64,000 bases of DNA, taken from positions 224,001 through 288,000 of the forward strand of contig CAVUMN010000003.1 of assembly GCA_963742735.1 (NCBI GenBank), given 5' to 3'. The notes under the pieces were generated by a model. That model made no database searches, was not told the DNA's origin, and was given only the letters and a program-made list of their open reading frames with translations. The position numbers were made by a program, and so were the translations under genes. The stretch is from an uncultured Actinomycetes bacterium. GTDB taxonomy: Bacteria > Actinomycetota > UBA4738 > JBBDTT01. Positions 27,761 through 37,967 of the stretch are shown here, in pieces (the stretch's first letter is position 1; every line of letters starts with the position of its first letter).

Positions 27761-30079
27761 CTAGTCCACCCCGCTGGACACCGGCTCGGGCTTCGACGCC
27801 GGCGCACGGGTGCTCCCCTCCAGCGCGACGTGCGGAAGCAGGCGGTCCAGCCAGCCGGGCAGCCACCAGTTCCAGTCGCCCATCAGCCGCATCGTGGCCG
27901 GCACCAGGATCGTTCGGATCAAGGTGGCGTCCAGGAACACCGCCGTGGCCAGCCCGAAGCCCATCGCCTTGATCGGAACGAGCTCGGCGAACGCGAAGGC
28001 CCCGAACACCACGACCATGATCGCCGCGGCGCTGGTGATGATCCTCGCCGTGTGCTCCAGGCCCCACCCGACGGCCTCGGTGTTGTCCTTCGTCCGCAGG
28101 TACTCCTCGCGGATGCGGGCGAGCAGGAACACCTCGTAGTCCATGGACAGCCCGAACAGGGTGGTGAACAGGAACAGCGGCAGGAAGGCCTCGATGTGGC
28201 CCGAGGCCTGGAAGCCGAGCAGCCCCTCGAAGTGCCCGTCCTGGAACACGTACACCAGCACCCCGTAGGCGGCCAGCACCGACGCCAGGTTCATCAGGAT
28301 CGCCTTCAGCGGCAGCAGCAGCGACCGGAAGAACAGCATCAGCACCAGGAACGAGAGCAGCAGGACCAGACCGACCACCGGGATGAGCTTGTCGCCCATC
28401 TCCTCGGTCAGGTCCAGGTCCAGGCCCGGCTGCCCGCCGACCAGGACGGTCGAGCCCGCGCCGACGACGCCGGGGAGCCGGTCGCGGAGCCGGTTGATGA
28501 GCTGGTGCACGGTCTCCGACTGCGCCGAGTGCACCGTGACGGCCTGGATCTGCGTGGAGCGCCCGTCGGAGCTCACGAACTGGGCGAACAGCTGCCGGCC
28601 CTCGGGGGTGCCGAGCGCCTGCTCCGGCGTCGTTCCCGGCGGCAGGAGCGTCGTGATCGACGCCACCTGCAGGACCTCGGGGTCGGCCTGGGCGGCCTCG
28701 GAGACCGCGGCCACCTCCGCCAGTCCCTCGGACGAGGTCACCGGCTCCGAGGTCCGGAGCAGGATCACCGTGGGCTCGCCCTGGCCCTCGCCGAACGCCT
28801 CGGAGGCGATCTCGAACGCGCGGCGGGCGGGGTGGTCCGCCGGAAGGATCGAGGGGCCCGAGGAACCCAGGGCCAGGTTGCGCGCCGGCAGGGCCAGGAA
28901 CAGCAGCAGCCCCAGCGACAGGAGCAGGGCGGTCCACGGCCGCTTCATGACGGCCATGGCCCAGCGGTGCCAGTAGCGGCCCTCCTGCCGGTCCGCCCGG
29001 CGATGGATCGAGAACTTGTCGATGCGCTTGCCCACCCAGCCGAGGAGCGCGGGGAGCAGGGTGACCGCCGCGAGCGCGGCGATCGTGACCGCGATCATGG
29101 CGGCGACGCCCATCGTCCGGTAGGCCTGGATGTTGACCAGCAGCACGCCCGACAGCGCCACGACCACCGTGAGCCCCGAGACCAGCACGGCCTTCCCCGA
29201 GGTGGCCACGGCCTCGGCCACGGCCTCGCCGACCGACAGGCCCGACTTCAGCTCCGAGCGGAACCGGGCCAGGATGAACAGGGCGTAGTCGATCCCGACG
29301 CCGATCCCGATCATCGACGCCAGGTTCTGTGCGAAGACGTTGGTCTCGACGAACGTGGCGAACAGGCCGATGAGCGCGAACGAGATCATGAGGCTCATCA
29401 GGGCGAGGGCCAGCGGCATCCCCGCCGCGATCAGCGACCCGAGGGCGGCGATCAGGATCAGCAGCGCGATGGGGACGGCGATGCTCTCGGAGCGCTCCAG
29501 GTCGTGCTGGGTGATGTCCTGGAACGCGCGGTAGAAGGAGGGAGCGCCCGTGATCAGCACCTGGACGTCGTCGGTCGACGCCGCCTTCACGGCGGCCTCG
29601 AGATCCGGCGCGATCTCCAGGGCGTCGTCCTGCGTCCCGTCGACGTTGACGATGGAGGTCGCGACCGTCCCGTCCTTCGAGATCAGCTGGGCCGGGGCGT
29701 CGTACGGGCTGGCCGCGGAGGAGATGTGGTCCACCTGCAGCAGCCGGCGCAGGGTGTCCTGGACGACCGCCTGGTACTCGGGTTCCTGCGCCGTGCTCGT
29801 CTCCGAGGAGAACACGACGAGCGCCGTCAGCTCGGTCTGTCCCTCGAACTCGGTCTCCAGGGCCTGCCGGACCTGGTCCGACTGCGAGCCGGGCACCTCG
29901 AACCCGCCGTTGGACAGCCGCGACGTCAGCGAGCTCAGCATCGGGACCGACGCGAGCGTCGCCACCAGCCAGATCAGGATCATCACCCGGCGGTTGCGCA
30001 CGCCGAACATCGCGATGCGATAGATCAGGGTCTGCTCGACGGGCTTGGGTTGCTGGGCTCCGTTGCCGCTGCGCGCCAT
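27761..30079 (-). CDS. MMPL family RND transporter
   Basis: GIGVGIDYALF, SGKAVLVSG, FGLSMDYEVFL, DATLIRTILVPA.M.L.G.WNWW. Confidence 0.95.
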   Translation of the reverse strand: MARSGNGAQQPKPVEQTLIYRIAMFGVRNRRVMILIWLVATLASVPMLSSLTSRLSNGGFEVPGSQSDQVRQALETEFEGQTELTALVVFSSETSTAQEPEYQAVVQDTLRRLLQVDHISSAASPYDAPAQLISKDGTVATSIVNVDGTQDDALEIAPDLEAAVKAASTDDVQVLITGAPSFYRAFQDITQHDLERSESIAVPIALLILIAALGSLIAAGMPLALALMSLMISFALIGLFATFVETNVFAQNLASMIGIGVGIDYALFILARFRSELKSGLSVGEAVAEAVATSGKAVLVSGLTVVVALSGVLLVNIQAYRTMGVAAMIAVTIAALAAVTLLPALLGWVGKRIDKFSIHRRADRQEGRYWHRWAMAVMKRPWTALLLSLGLLLFLALPARNLALGSSGPSILPADHPARRAFEIASEAFGEGQGEPTVILLRTSEPVTSSEGLAEVAAVSEAAQADPEVLQVASITTLLPPGTTPEQALGTPEGRQLFAQFVSSDGRSTQIQAVTVHSAQSETVHQLINRLRDRLPGVVGAGSTVLVGGQPGLDLDLTEEMGDKLIPVVGLVLLLSFLVLMLFFRSLLLPLKAILMNLASVLAAYGVLVYVFQDGHFEGLLGFQASGHIEAFLPLFLFTTLFGLSMDYEVFLLARIREEYLRTKDNTEAVGWGLEHTARIITSAAAIMVVVFGAFAFAELVPIKAMGFGLATAVFLDATLIRTILVPATMRLMGDWNWWLPGWLDRLLPHVALEGSTRAPASKPEPVSSGVD

Positions 30080-30130
30080 GGAAACGGCCTCCTCGGAGTT
30101 CGGGTGGTCGCCGACGATCCTATCCCCGAA

Positions 30131-30143
30131 TGACCGATGGTCA
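30131..30143. promoter_or_regulatory. TetR-type palindromic operator upstream of MMPL
   Basis: TGACC-GAT-GGTCA next to a minus-strand TAGGAT -10 box; a CRP-like TGTGA-N6-TCTCA lies at 30157-30172. Confidence 0.55.
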
Positions 30144-30178
30144 CTAGGTCGAGGGATGTGAGCTTCGTCTCATTCGTT

Positions 30179-31195
30179 CTACGTCAGGCGCTCCGCGAGG
30201 TAGCGCATGGCGATCGGGTAGCGGTACTCGATGTCCATGTGCGTGCCCTCGAACAGCTCGAAGAAGGGCTCGATCCCCAGCGCGTCGAGCTCGCCAACGA
30301 ACGCCTCGGCGCCCAGGTCCAGGTACCACTCGTCGTTCTTGCCGGCGTCGACGTAGATCGCCCGCATCGACTTGAGCTCCTCGGCCTTGAACGGCGCCAT
30401 CCGCACCGGGTCCAGGGCCAGCCACCGCGACCACACCTCGGGGATCAGCCGGCCCGTGGCGGGCTCGAAGGGCAGGTCGATCGTGCCGTCCTCGTTCGCC
30501 GAGTAGCAGGCGGCCATGCACCACGAGTTCAGGAGTGCGCCGTCCTCCTTGTGCGAGAACGCAGGCCTCGACCGGAAGTTCGCCCAGAACTGTTCGTACG
30601 AGCCGTCGTACGTGTCGCGCAGCGTCCGGGCGTTCTCCCGGAACTCGGGCTGGTAGCAGACCTCGAACAGCGCGTCGCCGGCGTGGGTGGCCAGGGCGCC
30701 GAACACCTCGGGCCGCATCATCGGCACGACCATCGCCCCGTAGCCGCCGCTCGACTTCCCGAGGATCCCCCGGTGGTCGCGGTCGGCCTGCGTCCGATAG
30801 TTCGCGTCGACGAACGGGACGATCTCGTCGCACAGGTAGTCCTGGTAGCGGCCGGTGCCGGGGGAGTTCACGTACTGCGACCCGCCGAGGGAGGTCATCG
30901 CGTCCACGTAGACGACCACCGCCGGCGGGCATCCATCCTTCGCGAACAGGCTGTCGGTGAGCTCGGGGAACGTCGGGCGGAACGGCTTGCGGTTCCACCA
31001 CATGTCCACCGAGCCGGTGAGGCCCTGGATCAGGTACAGCGTGGGGTAGCGCGCGTCCGAGGCGTCGTAGCCGGGCGGCGTGTACACCCACAGGGGGCGC
31101 TCGGCAGGGTCGCCCAGCGCGTTTCCCTGCAGGACATCGCTGGTGATCGTGTGGTCGTGGAACGTGCCCCCGAACTCGCCTCGATACGGCTGCAT
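30179..31195 (-). CDS. Putative esterase (Fes/antigen-85-like alpha/beta hydrolase)
   Basis: VYTPPGY...YPTLY, DEIVPFVDANYRT, GKSSGG nucleophile, FEGTH. Confidence 0.9.
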   Translation of the reverse strand: MQPYRGEFGGTFHDHTITSDVLQGNALGDPAERPLWVYTPPGYDASDARYPTLYLIQGLTGSVDMWWNRKPFRPTFPELTDSLFAKDGCPPAVVVYVDAMTSLGGSQYVNSPGTGRYQDYLCDEIVPFVDANYRTQADRDHRGILGKSSGGYGAMVVPMMRPEVFGALATHAGDALFEVCYQPEFRENARTLRDTYDGSYEQFWANFRSRPAFSHKEDGALLNSWCMAACYSANEDGTIDLPFEPATGRLIPEVWSRWLALDPVRMAPFKAEELKSMRAIYVDAGKNDEWYLDLGAEAFVGELDALGIEPFFELFEGTHMDIEYRYPIAMRYLAERLT

Positions 31196-31242
31196 GCCCT
31201 CGCCTCCCTGTGATCGCGTCAAATGGGGAACAATCTTGACCG

Positions 31243-32592
31243 ATGCCAGGGGTATCCGACGTGGTGGGGATCGGCCTGGCCGGTGGTTCCGGGGTCCGCG
31301 CCCGCCCGCTCACGCTGAAGGCTCCCGGATACCTGCGGTCGAAGGCGGCGATGGCGTTCGTCGGCCGCCGCCTGATCCGGTGGGTCCTGCAGATCCTCCA
31401 GGCCGAGGGGATGAAGGAGTACTACATCGTCGCCCACGGCAAGGAGAACCGGTACCAGATCAAGGTGCTGGTGGGCTACGGCGAGGACCTCGGCGTCGAC
31501 ATCCAGTACTCGCCGGTCAAGTACGACGCGCTGTCCACGGGGAGCGCCGACTCGACGCTGCGGCTCCTGGAGCACTGGGACCTCGGCGGACCGGCCCTGG
31601 TGTTCCCGACGGACTCGATCATCGACTTCGACCTGGAGCCGATGCTCCAACAGCACCTGGAGACGGGGGCCGTGGTCACCATCGCCGCGATGACCCGCGC
31701 CCCCGAGGACGTGGCGGAGAAGTACGGGGTCATGCTCACCGACTCGAACGGACGGATCTTCGAGTTCGTCGAGAAGCCGACGATCGCGGACATCCGCAAC
31801 CACTTCAAGGTCCGCGACGAGGACGAGTTCGACCGGCTGCCGCTGCTCACGAACGCGGGGTTCTACCTGGTCGACGCGGCCCGCCTGCGCGCGCTGGCCG
31901 AGGACCCGCACGTCGCGCGCCTGCGGCGGACCCGGCTCGACTTCGGCAAGGACCTCCTGCCGTGGCTGGTCGGCAACGGCCACCTGCTGCAGGCGTTCCC
32001 GGTCCGCCGCCTGGGCGACCTGGGCAACATCGAGGACTACGTGAACACCACGGTCGATGTGCTGCAGGGCAACTTCGCCTCGGTGGCCCGGCTGATGGGG
32101 GAGCCGTTCGACCGGGAGCAGAACGTGTGGATCGCGCCGGAGACCCTGCACCTGCGCGACGAGCTGACCGGCAAGAGCCTGGCCGAGAAGCTGGCCGAGG
32201 GGCTGGTGACCATCGGGCCGGCCGTGCGCCTGGGCCGGTACTGCGAGATCGGGCCCGGCGTGGTGATCACCGAGTCGAACCTGGACGACGACGTCGAGGT
32301 ACGCGAGGGCGCCTACATCTCCCGGTCCCAGGTCCGCGACGGGGCGATCATCGGGGCCGGGGCCACGATCCGAGACTCCGTGATCGGCTCCATGAGCGAG
32401 GTTCGGTCGAGCCGCCGGAACCCGACGACGATCGAGCGGTTCGTCGCGCTGGGCGACGAGGTCACCGTCTACGAGGGCCTCCGGCTGGCCGATCACGTCA
32501 GCGTCTACCCCCGCCTGAAGATCCCCACGGGCGTCCGCGCGCCCGCCGGCGTGGAGATCACCGACGCCGAGGACGTCCTGAAGTACCTCTAG
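31243..32592 (+). CDS. NDP-sugar pyrophosphorylase (mannose-1-P guanylyltransferase / GlgC-like) with hexapeptide tail
   Basis: LAGGSGVRARPLT, YGV...FVEKP, DFGKDLLP, DLGN, C-terminal left-handed beta-helix repeats. Confidence 0.85.
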   Translation: MPGVSDVVGIGLAGGSGVRARPLTLKAPGYLRSKAAMAFVGRRLIRWVLQILQAEGMKEYYIVAHGKENRYQIKVLVGYGEDLGVDIQYSPVKYDALSTGSADSTLRLLEHWDLGGPALVFPTDSIIDFDLEPMLQQHLETGAVVTIAAMTRAPEDVAEKYGVMLTDSNGRIFEFVEKPTIADIRNHFKVRDEDEFDRLPLLTNAGFYLVDAARLRALAEDPHVARLRRTRLDFGKDLLPWLVGNGHLLQAFPVRRLGDLGNIEDYVNTTVDVLQGNFASVARLMGEPFDREQNVWIAPETLHLRDELTGKSLAEKLAEGLVTIGPAVRLGRYCEIGPGVVITESNLDDDVEVREGAYISRSQVRDGAIIGAGATIRDSVIGSMSEVRSSRRNPTTIERFVALGDEVTVYEGLRLADHVSVYPRLKIPTGVRAPAGVEITDAEDVLKYL

Positions 32593-32604
32593 TAGGGTCG
32601 CGCG

Positions 32605-33603
32605 ATGCGGTTCGGCCTGGCCCTTCCCCACTACGGCTACTCGTTCCCCGACGGCGGACCGCTGGACTGGGGACGGGTGATCGAGTACGCCCGGCGCGCG
32701 GAAACGCTCGGCTTCGACTCCCTCTGGGTCTCCGACCACTTCTTCTCCGACCCGTCCCGGACTCCCGGGCCGCAGGAGCTCCTGGCGACGGTGGAGCCCT
32801 TCACCGCGCTCGCGGCGCTCGCCACTCACACCGAGCGCGTCCGGCTGGGCACGCTCGTGGCCTCGGCCGGCTTCCGCCACCCCGCCCACGTCGCCAAGAT
32901 GGCCACCACGATCGACCTGCTCTCCGGCGGTCGGTTCGACCTGGGGCTGGGCGCCGGGTGGATGGAGGCCGAGTACACGGCCTTCGGCTACGACTTCGGC
33001 ACGGTGGGGGAACGCTTCGACCTCCTCGAGGAGTCGCTCGAGGTCCTGACGCGCCTGTTCGGCGAGGCCGAACCGGTGGACTACGTCGGGAAGCGGATCA
33101 CGCTCCAGGAGGCGTACCTGCACCCCCGGCCGCCTCAATCCGGGGGTCCCCCGATCTGGCTCGGCGGCAAGGGCGGCCCGCGCGGCCTGAAGCTGGCGGC
33201 GCGGTTCGCCCACGGATGGAACACCGTGTGGCGGTGGTCTCCTCGGGACTTCGCCGAGGTTTCCGGCCGCCTGGACCGGGCCTGTGAGGACGTGGACCGG
33301 GATCCGGCCACCCTGCGCCGGAGCGTGGGGCTCTACACGCTCGTCGGCGAGGACGAGGTGGACCTCCACGACCGGTGGCGGGCGCTGCAGCGGTGGGCGC
33401 CGGGCGACGCGCTCGCCGGCGAGATGCTCGAGGACTACGCGCGGGGGGCCCTGGTCGGCACTCCGGAGCAGGTCGCCGAGCAGGTCGCGGCGTTCGAGGC
33501 GCTCGGCGTGGAGGAGATCATCCTGTCGCCCGCGTCGCTTCCGTTCGCCGTGGCCGAGGACTCCGAGCTCGACGTGATCGCGGACGTGCTGCTCGGGGCG
33601 TGA
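32605..33603 (+). CDS. LLM class (probably F420-dependent) oxidoreductase
   Basis: GFDSLWVSDHF, RLGTLV, SGGRFDLGLGAGW; TAGGGT -10 box 6 nt before ATG. Confidence 0.9.
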   Translation: MRFGLALPHYGYSFPDGGPLDWGRVIEYARRAETLGFDSLWVSDHFFSDPSRTPGPQELLATVEPFTALAALATHTERVRLGTLVASAGFRHPAHVAKMATTIDLLSGGRFDLGLGAGWMEAEYTAFGYDFGTVGERFDLLEESLEVLTRLFGEAEPVDYVGKRITLQEAYLHPRPPQSGGPPIWLGGKGGPRGLKLAARFAHGWNTVWRWSPRDFAEVSGRLDRACEDVDRDPATLRRSVGLYTLVGEDEVDLHDRWRALQRWAPGDALAGEMLEDYARGALVGTPEQVAEQVAAFEALGVEEIILSPASLPFAVAEDSELDVIADVLLGA

Positions 33604-33607
33604 GGCC

Positions 33608-33820
33608 GTGGAGTACCTCGAGGCGGCCCTGGCGGTGCTGGCGGAGGAGGGCGAGCCGCTGCACTGGACGGTGATCCAGGACCTGGCGCTGAAGCGCGGC
33701 TACCTTGACCCGTTCACCCAGACCGACATCCGCAAGCACCTCCTGTCCGCTCTGGCGAAGGCGGCGAAGGACGGGGCGATCCGCAAAGTCGAGACGGGGG
33801 TCTACGCGCTCCGGTGGTAG
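33608..33820 (+). CDS. Small winged-helix protein (HARE-HTH-like)
   Basis: EAALAVLAEEGEPLHWTVI...ALKRG...GVYAL pattern; 70 aa. Confidence 0.7.
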   Translation: MEYLEAALAVLAEEGEPLHWTVIQDLALKRGYLDPFTQTDIRKHLLSALAKAAKDGAIRKVETGVYALRW

Positions 33821-33896
33821 GGGTCGCACTGCTTCAGTTCTGGTGCCCCGTTTGCCGATGCCACTTCTCGACTGCATGAACGTCGAGGGGGCAGCA

Positions 33897-35230
33897 ATGG
33901 CGCGCCCCCGCTCGTTTCTGTTCTAACCCTCCTGGTCCTCGGCGGCATGCTGCCGGTGGGGACGTACATCGGCCGCGCCGCAGCCCAGACCAAAGACATC
34001 GTTCTGCCTCCGGCCGTCCCCCCACCGCTGCTGAGCGACGCGGAGCGCGAGCCCGTTGCCTACCCGCCGAAGCCCCCCAGGGAGCGAGCGCTATCCCTTC
34101 CGTCGGGAACGCCGGAGACGAAGACTGGGTCCCTGGACGAGACCGAAGCCCAGGCGACGGAGACGGCCTCGGTCTTCGAGTACGCCGGTGGGGAGCACCT
34201 GGCCCAGGTGACCACCGATCCCCAGAACTTCCAGGACGCCGACGGTCAGTGGCGCAAGATCGATCCCGAGCTGGAGCCCACCGACGCTGGCTACCGCAAC
34301 CGAGCGGGCGAGGTCTCGCTCGTATTCCCGGATGCGCTATCGGCCACCACCCCGCTGATGTTCGGGGTGGGCGATGGATCGCTGTCGATCTATCCCGAAG
34401 GCGCTTCGGAGAAGGTGCAGGCAGAGGTTGCCGGCAACGCCGCCACCTACCCGGAGGCGCTTCCAGGGACCGACTTGCGCTACTACTCCCTCGGCTCGGG
34501 CTACGCGGAGCATGTGATCCTCAAGACCACGCCCGAGGCCACCTCCATGGCCTGGCTCATCACGGCCACGGATCTGACGCTCCGTCAGAACGGGGCGGAG
34601 ATCGAGATCGTGCAGGGCGAGGAGGTCGTCGGCCGGGTCCCGCCGCTGACGGTGTTCGACGCGAGCGTGGGGCCGAACGCCTCGGCGGACGCGTACGCCG
34701 GAGGCTTCGAGCGCACGCTGATCGACCAAGGGGACGGGGTCTGTCGGATCGAGGTGGCGTTCGACACCGAGTGGCTGGCCGATCCCGATCGGGCCTACCC
34801 CGTCACCATCGACCCTTACTTCGAGGAGACCACCGGTAACCCGTCCAAGGACGCGTGGGTGAAGTCCTGCCCGGTGGCGGGAGGAGCGTCAACGAACCGA
34901 TCGTGGGAGGACGCGGTGAGGCTGCTTGCCCGGCGAATCGTTGACCTTCGAGAGGGGCGGACTTCACCGCTCTCAGTCAATGTCATCTATCAGATCCCGG
35001 GGGAGGTGATTGCTCCTGAATTTGAGGGTGTTCGCAGCGGCCGCTTCTCACAGAGGGAGCGTGGCCTTGTCGTACAAGTTGCGCTACCCGCAGAGCCGGA
35101 TGGTCCCGCCGACGCCGCGGTAATTCGCTACCTGGCCGAGGCTGTCGAGGTTGCGGAGGGTTTCGCCCGCGAAAGGGGCCTTATCAAGAACCGTCTTTCA
35201 GAGCTTCGAGCCATCCTCGCGGCACTATAG
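33897..35230 (+). pseudogene. Chimeric remnant: N-terminus of an Rhs/DNRLRE-type secreted protein fused in frame to an Imm12-like immunity fragment
   Basis: NFQDADGQWRKIDPEL, LPGTDLRY, EHVILK and WLADPDRAYPVTIDP, then an abrupt GC/codon change near 34875 to IYQIPGE...PEFEGVRSGRFS...LVVQVALP; the signal peptide needs +1 C in the C5 run at 33905-33909. Confidence 0.6.
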
Positions 35231-35329
35231 CGTCAGCAGGGATCACGCCGGAGCCCTGCCCGCCGGAAGTGCACGCGCCGCGAGAAGCGTGGGTGACCGA
35301 TTAGCGTCTGCGGTGAGGTTCGCGCCTTT

Positions 35330-36325
35330 TCAGCGGTAGGCGATCTGGGAGAACTTCTCGAGCTTCTCGAAGGCGTGTCGGGCCTCGACCCGCCGGACCG
35401 TTCCCGAGCGCGCGCGCATCACCAGCGACCACGTCGTGGCGAAGTCGCCGTGATAGCGCACCCCGCGCAATAGATAGCCGTCGGTGATGCCCGTCGCGGC
35501 GAAGAACACGTCGTCGCCGGCCACCAGGTCCTCGGTGGTGAGAACCTTGTCCAGGTCGTAGCCAGCGTCGACGAGGGCGCCGCGCTCCTCGTCGTTGCGG
35601 GGGAACAGCTTGCCCTGCATCGCGCCGCCCATGCACTTGAGCGCGGCCGCGGCGATCACTCCTTCCGGCGTTCCGCCGATGCCGATCAGCAGGTCCGGGA
35701 TCGAGCTGTGGTCCGCCGCGGCGATGGCCCCCGCGACGTCGCCGTCGGTGATGAACAGGATCCGCGAGCCCGCCTCGCGGACCTTCTCGACCAGGGGCAG
35801 GTGGCGGTCGCGCTCGAGCATGATCACCGTCACCTGCTCGACGCGCTTGCCGAGGGCCTTGGCGACCTTGCGGCAGTTCTCGTCCGCGGGTGCCTCGATG
35901 TCGATCGCGTCGGCCGCCTCCGGCCCCGTGGCGATCTTCTCCATGTACACGGCCGCGCCGGGAAAGAACATCGAGCCCCGCGCGGCCAGGGCGATCACCG
36001 CGAGGGCGTTGCCCATGCCCTTGGCGGTGAGGGTCGTTCCGTCGATGGGGTCCACCGCGACGTCGGCGCCCGGCCCGTCGCCGGTCCCGACCTGCTCGCC
36101 GTTGAACAGCATCGGCGCCGCGTCCTTCTCGCCCTCGCCGATCACGACGACGCCATCCATCGAGACGCTGTCGATCATCAGCCGCATCGCGTCGACCGCC
36201 GCCCCGTCGGCGGCGAGCTTGTCGCCGCGGCCGACCCACCGGCCCGCGGCGAGGGCCGCCGCCTCGGTGACCCGGACCAGCTCCATCGCCAGGTTCCGGT
36301 CGGGCCGTCCCTTCGCCTCGGTCAT
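35330..36325 (-). CDS. glpX: Class II fructose-1,6-bisphosphatase
   Basis: [48 protein letters not shown]. Confidence 0.96.
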   Translation of the reverse strand: MTEAKGRPDRNLAMELVRVTEAAALAAGRWVGRGDKLAADGAAVDAMRLMIDSVSMDGVVVIGEGEKDAAPMLFNGEQVGTGDGPGADVAVDPIDGTTLTAKGMGNALAVIALAARGSMFFPGAAVYMEKIATGPEAADAIDIEAPADENCRKVAKALGKRVEQVTVIMLERDRHLPLVEKVREAGSRILFITDGDVAGAIAAADHSSIPDLLIGIGGTPEGVIAAAALKCMGGAMQGKLFPRNDEERGALVDAGYDLDKVLTTEDLVAGDDVFFAATGITDGYLLRGVRYHGDFATTWSLVMRARSGTVRRVEARHAFEKLEKFSQIAYR

Positions 36326-37317
36326 GTCAGACACTCCAGGATCGTCGAGGGGTCCTCGCCCCCGAACACGATGCGGTCCACGGCGGCGTGGAAGGGCACG
36401 TCCACGCCGGTCTCCTTGGTCAGGCGGCCGACGTCCTTCGCGGAGTCGACGCCCTCCACGGTCATCCCCCGGCTCACCATGCCGTCCAGGGCCTCCTGCG
36501 GCTTCGACCCCTCCCCGAGGAGCTCGCCGTACAGCCGGTTCCGGCCACCCAGGCTGGTGACCAGGGTGTCGCCGAGTCCCGCCAGCCCGGTCACGGTCTC
36601 GGCCCGGCCGCCCAGGGCGGTGATCAGCTTCACCTGCTCGTTGACGGCCTGGGCGAACAGCGCCGACTTCGCGTTGCGGTACTCGCGGTTGCCGCCACCC
36701 TTTGCCAGGCCGTCCAGGATGCCGAGGCCGATCGCGGCCACGTTCTTCAGCACCGTGCAGTACTCGACGCCGATCAGGTCCTCGGTGACGTGGACGCGGT
36801 AGTTCGGGGTCTGGAAGACCTCCCGGGCCTCGTCGGCCGTCGCCGATCGGGCGCTCGCGTAGACGACCGCGGACGGCAACCCCTCGGCGAGCTCGCCGGC
36901 CAGGCAGGGCCCGCCGACCGAGACCACCAGGTCGTGACCGAACGCCTCGCCGTAGACCTCGGACATCCGCTTGCCGGTCTCGGGCTCCGTCCCCTTGGCC
37001 AGGCTCACGACGACGGGTTCGCTGCCCACGTCCTCGGCCACCATGCCTGCGAGGCTTCGCGCGCCCCCGGAGGAGGCCCCCATGACCGCGACATCGGCGT
37101 GCTCGCTCGCCTCGGGCAGGTCGTCGGGTCCCATCACCCGCAGGGACTCCGGGAGGTGCTCGGGCAGGGCGGGGTGCTTGCGCTCGTCCTGCAGGACGGG
37201 CAGGACGCGGGCATCGAACTCGCTGGCCCAAAGGATCGTGTCGTTCCCGGCCCGGCACGAGTGGATGGCCAGGGCGGTCCCCATCGCGCCCGCGCCGAAG
37301 ACGGTCACCTTCGCCAT
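36322..37317 (-). CDS. gpsA: NAD(P)H-dependent glycerol-3-phosphate dehydrogenase
   Basis: [39 protein letters not shown]. Confidence 0.9.
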   Translation of the reverse strand: MAKVTVFGAGAMGTALAIHSCRAGNDTILWASEFDARVLPVLQDERKHPALPEHLPESLRVMGPDDLPEASEHADVAVMGASSGGARSLAGMVAEDVGSEPVVVSLAKGTEPETGKRMSEVYGEAFGHDLVVSVGGPCLAGELAEGLPSAVVYASARSATADEAREVFQTPNYRVHVTEDLIGVEYCTVLKNVAAIGLGILDGLAKGGGNREYRNAKSALFAQAVNEQVKLITALGGRAETVTGLAGLGDTLVTSLGGRNRLYGELLGEGSKPQEALDGMVSRGMTVEGVDSAKDVGRLTKETGVDVPFHAAVDRIVFGGEDPSTILECLT

Positions 37318-37670
37318 CAGAAGGTCAGGCTCTGCGCGCCGTTGGCCAGATACTCGACGACGGTCGCCGCCCCCACGATCTCGGCGCCTTCGATGACCTC
37401 GGTGATCCCGCGGGGCTTCGTGCAGGCCTGGCAGGCCCAGACCTTGCCGCCGCCCTCGATGAACTCGCCGATCAGCTGCTTCAGGGGGGCCGCGGCGGGG
37501 TGCTCGACACCGTCGGCGCCGCCCTCGGTGACCAGGCGGACGGCCTCGATCGTCAGCATGATCGCGGCCTCCTGGCCGGTCACCAGGGCCATGTTCCCGA
37601 AGATGAACGGCAGCGTCGCCCGCTCGTGGTCCTCGGCGCCGTGTTGCCCATGGATCAGGATGCTCGCCAT
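37317..37670 (-). CDS. DsrE family protein
   Basis: [30 protein letters not shown]. Confidence 0.8.
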   Translation of the reverse strand: MASILIHGQHGAEDHERATLPFIFGNMALVTGQEAAIMLTIEAVRLVTEGGADGVEHPAAAPLKQLIGEFIEGGGKVWACQACTKPRGITEVIEGAEIVGAATVVEYLANGAQSLTF

Positions 37671-37930
37671 CAGGTCTCTCCTCGCGTGATGAGCCAGCGG
37701 TCGCCCTCGGACCCGCCCGCCGTGGTCGCCAGGGCGTGGCCCTTCAGCCGCGCCCAGGCCTCAAGGTTCGTCCGGCCCACCGGGTCGCGGGTCCGAACCT
37801 CCAGGGCCTGGCCCGCCTCGAGGGCGTCGAGCAGCGCGCCGATCTCCTTCAGGGTCGGGCCGCTGCACCCCTCGTCGCCGGCGTCGTAGAAGGCGTCCGC
37901 GTCGAGCTCGGGTTCCGGCACGCCGGTCAT
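37670..37930 (-). CDS. TusA/SirA family sulfur-carrier protein
   Basis: DAGDEGCSGP, GQALEVRTRDP, LEAWARLKGH. Confidence 0.8.
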   Translation of the reverse strand: MTGVPEPELDADAFYDAGDEGCSGPTLKEIGALLDALEAGQALEVRTRDPVGRTNLEAWARLKGHALATTAGGSEGDRWLITRGET

Positions 37931-37967
37931 CTTCGCAGAACGACCCGTCGCGTACGATCCGGGCCCT

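Noticed and set aside
31219-31246. TCAAA-N15-ACCGATGC as another sigma-28 promoter
   Set aside because: Two mismatches and it overlaps the ATG; a leaderless SigA-type AACAAT box explains the start more simply.
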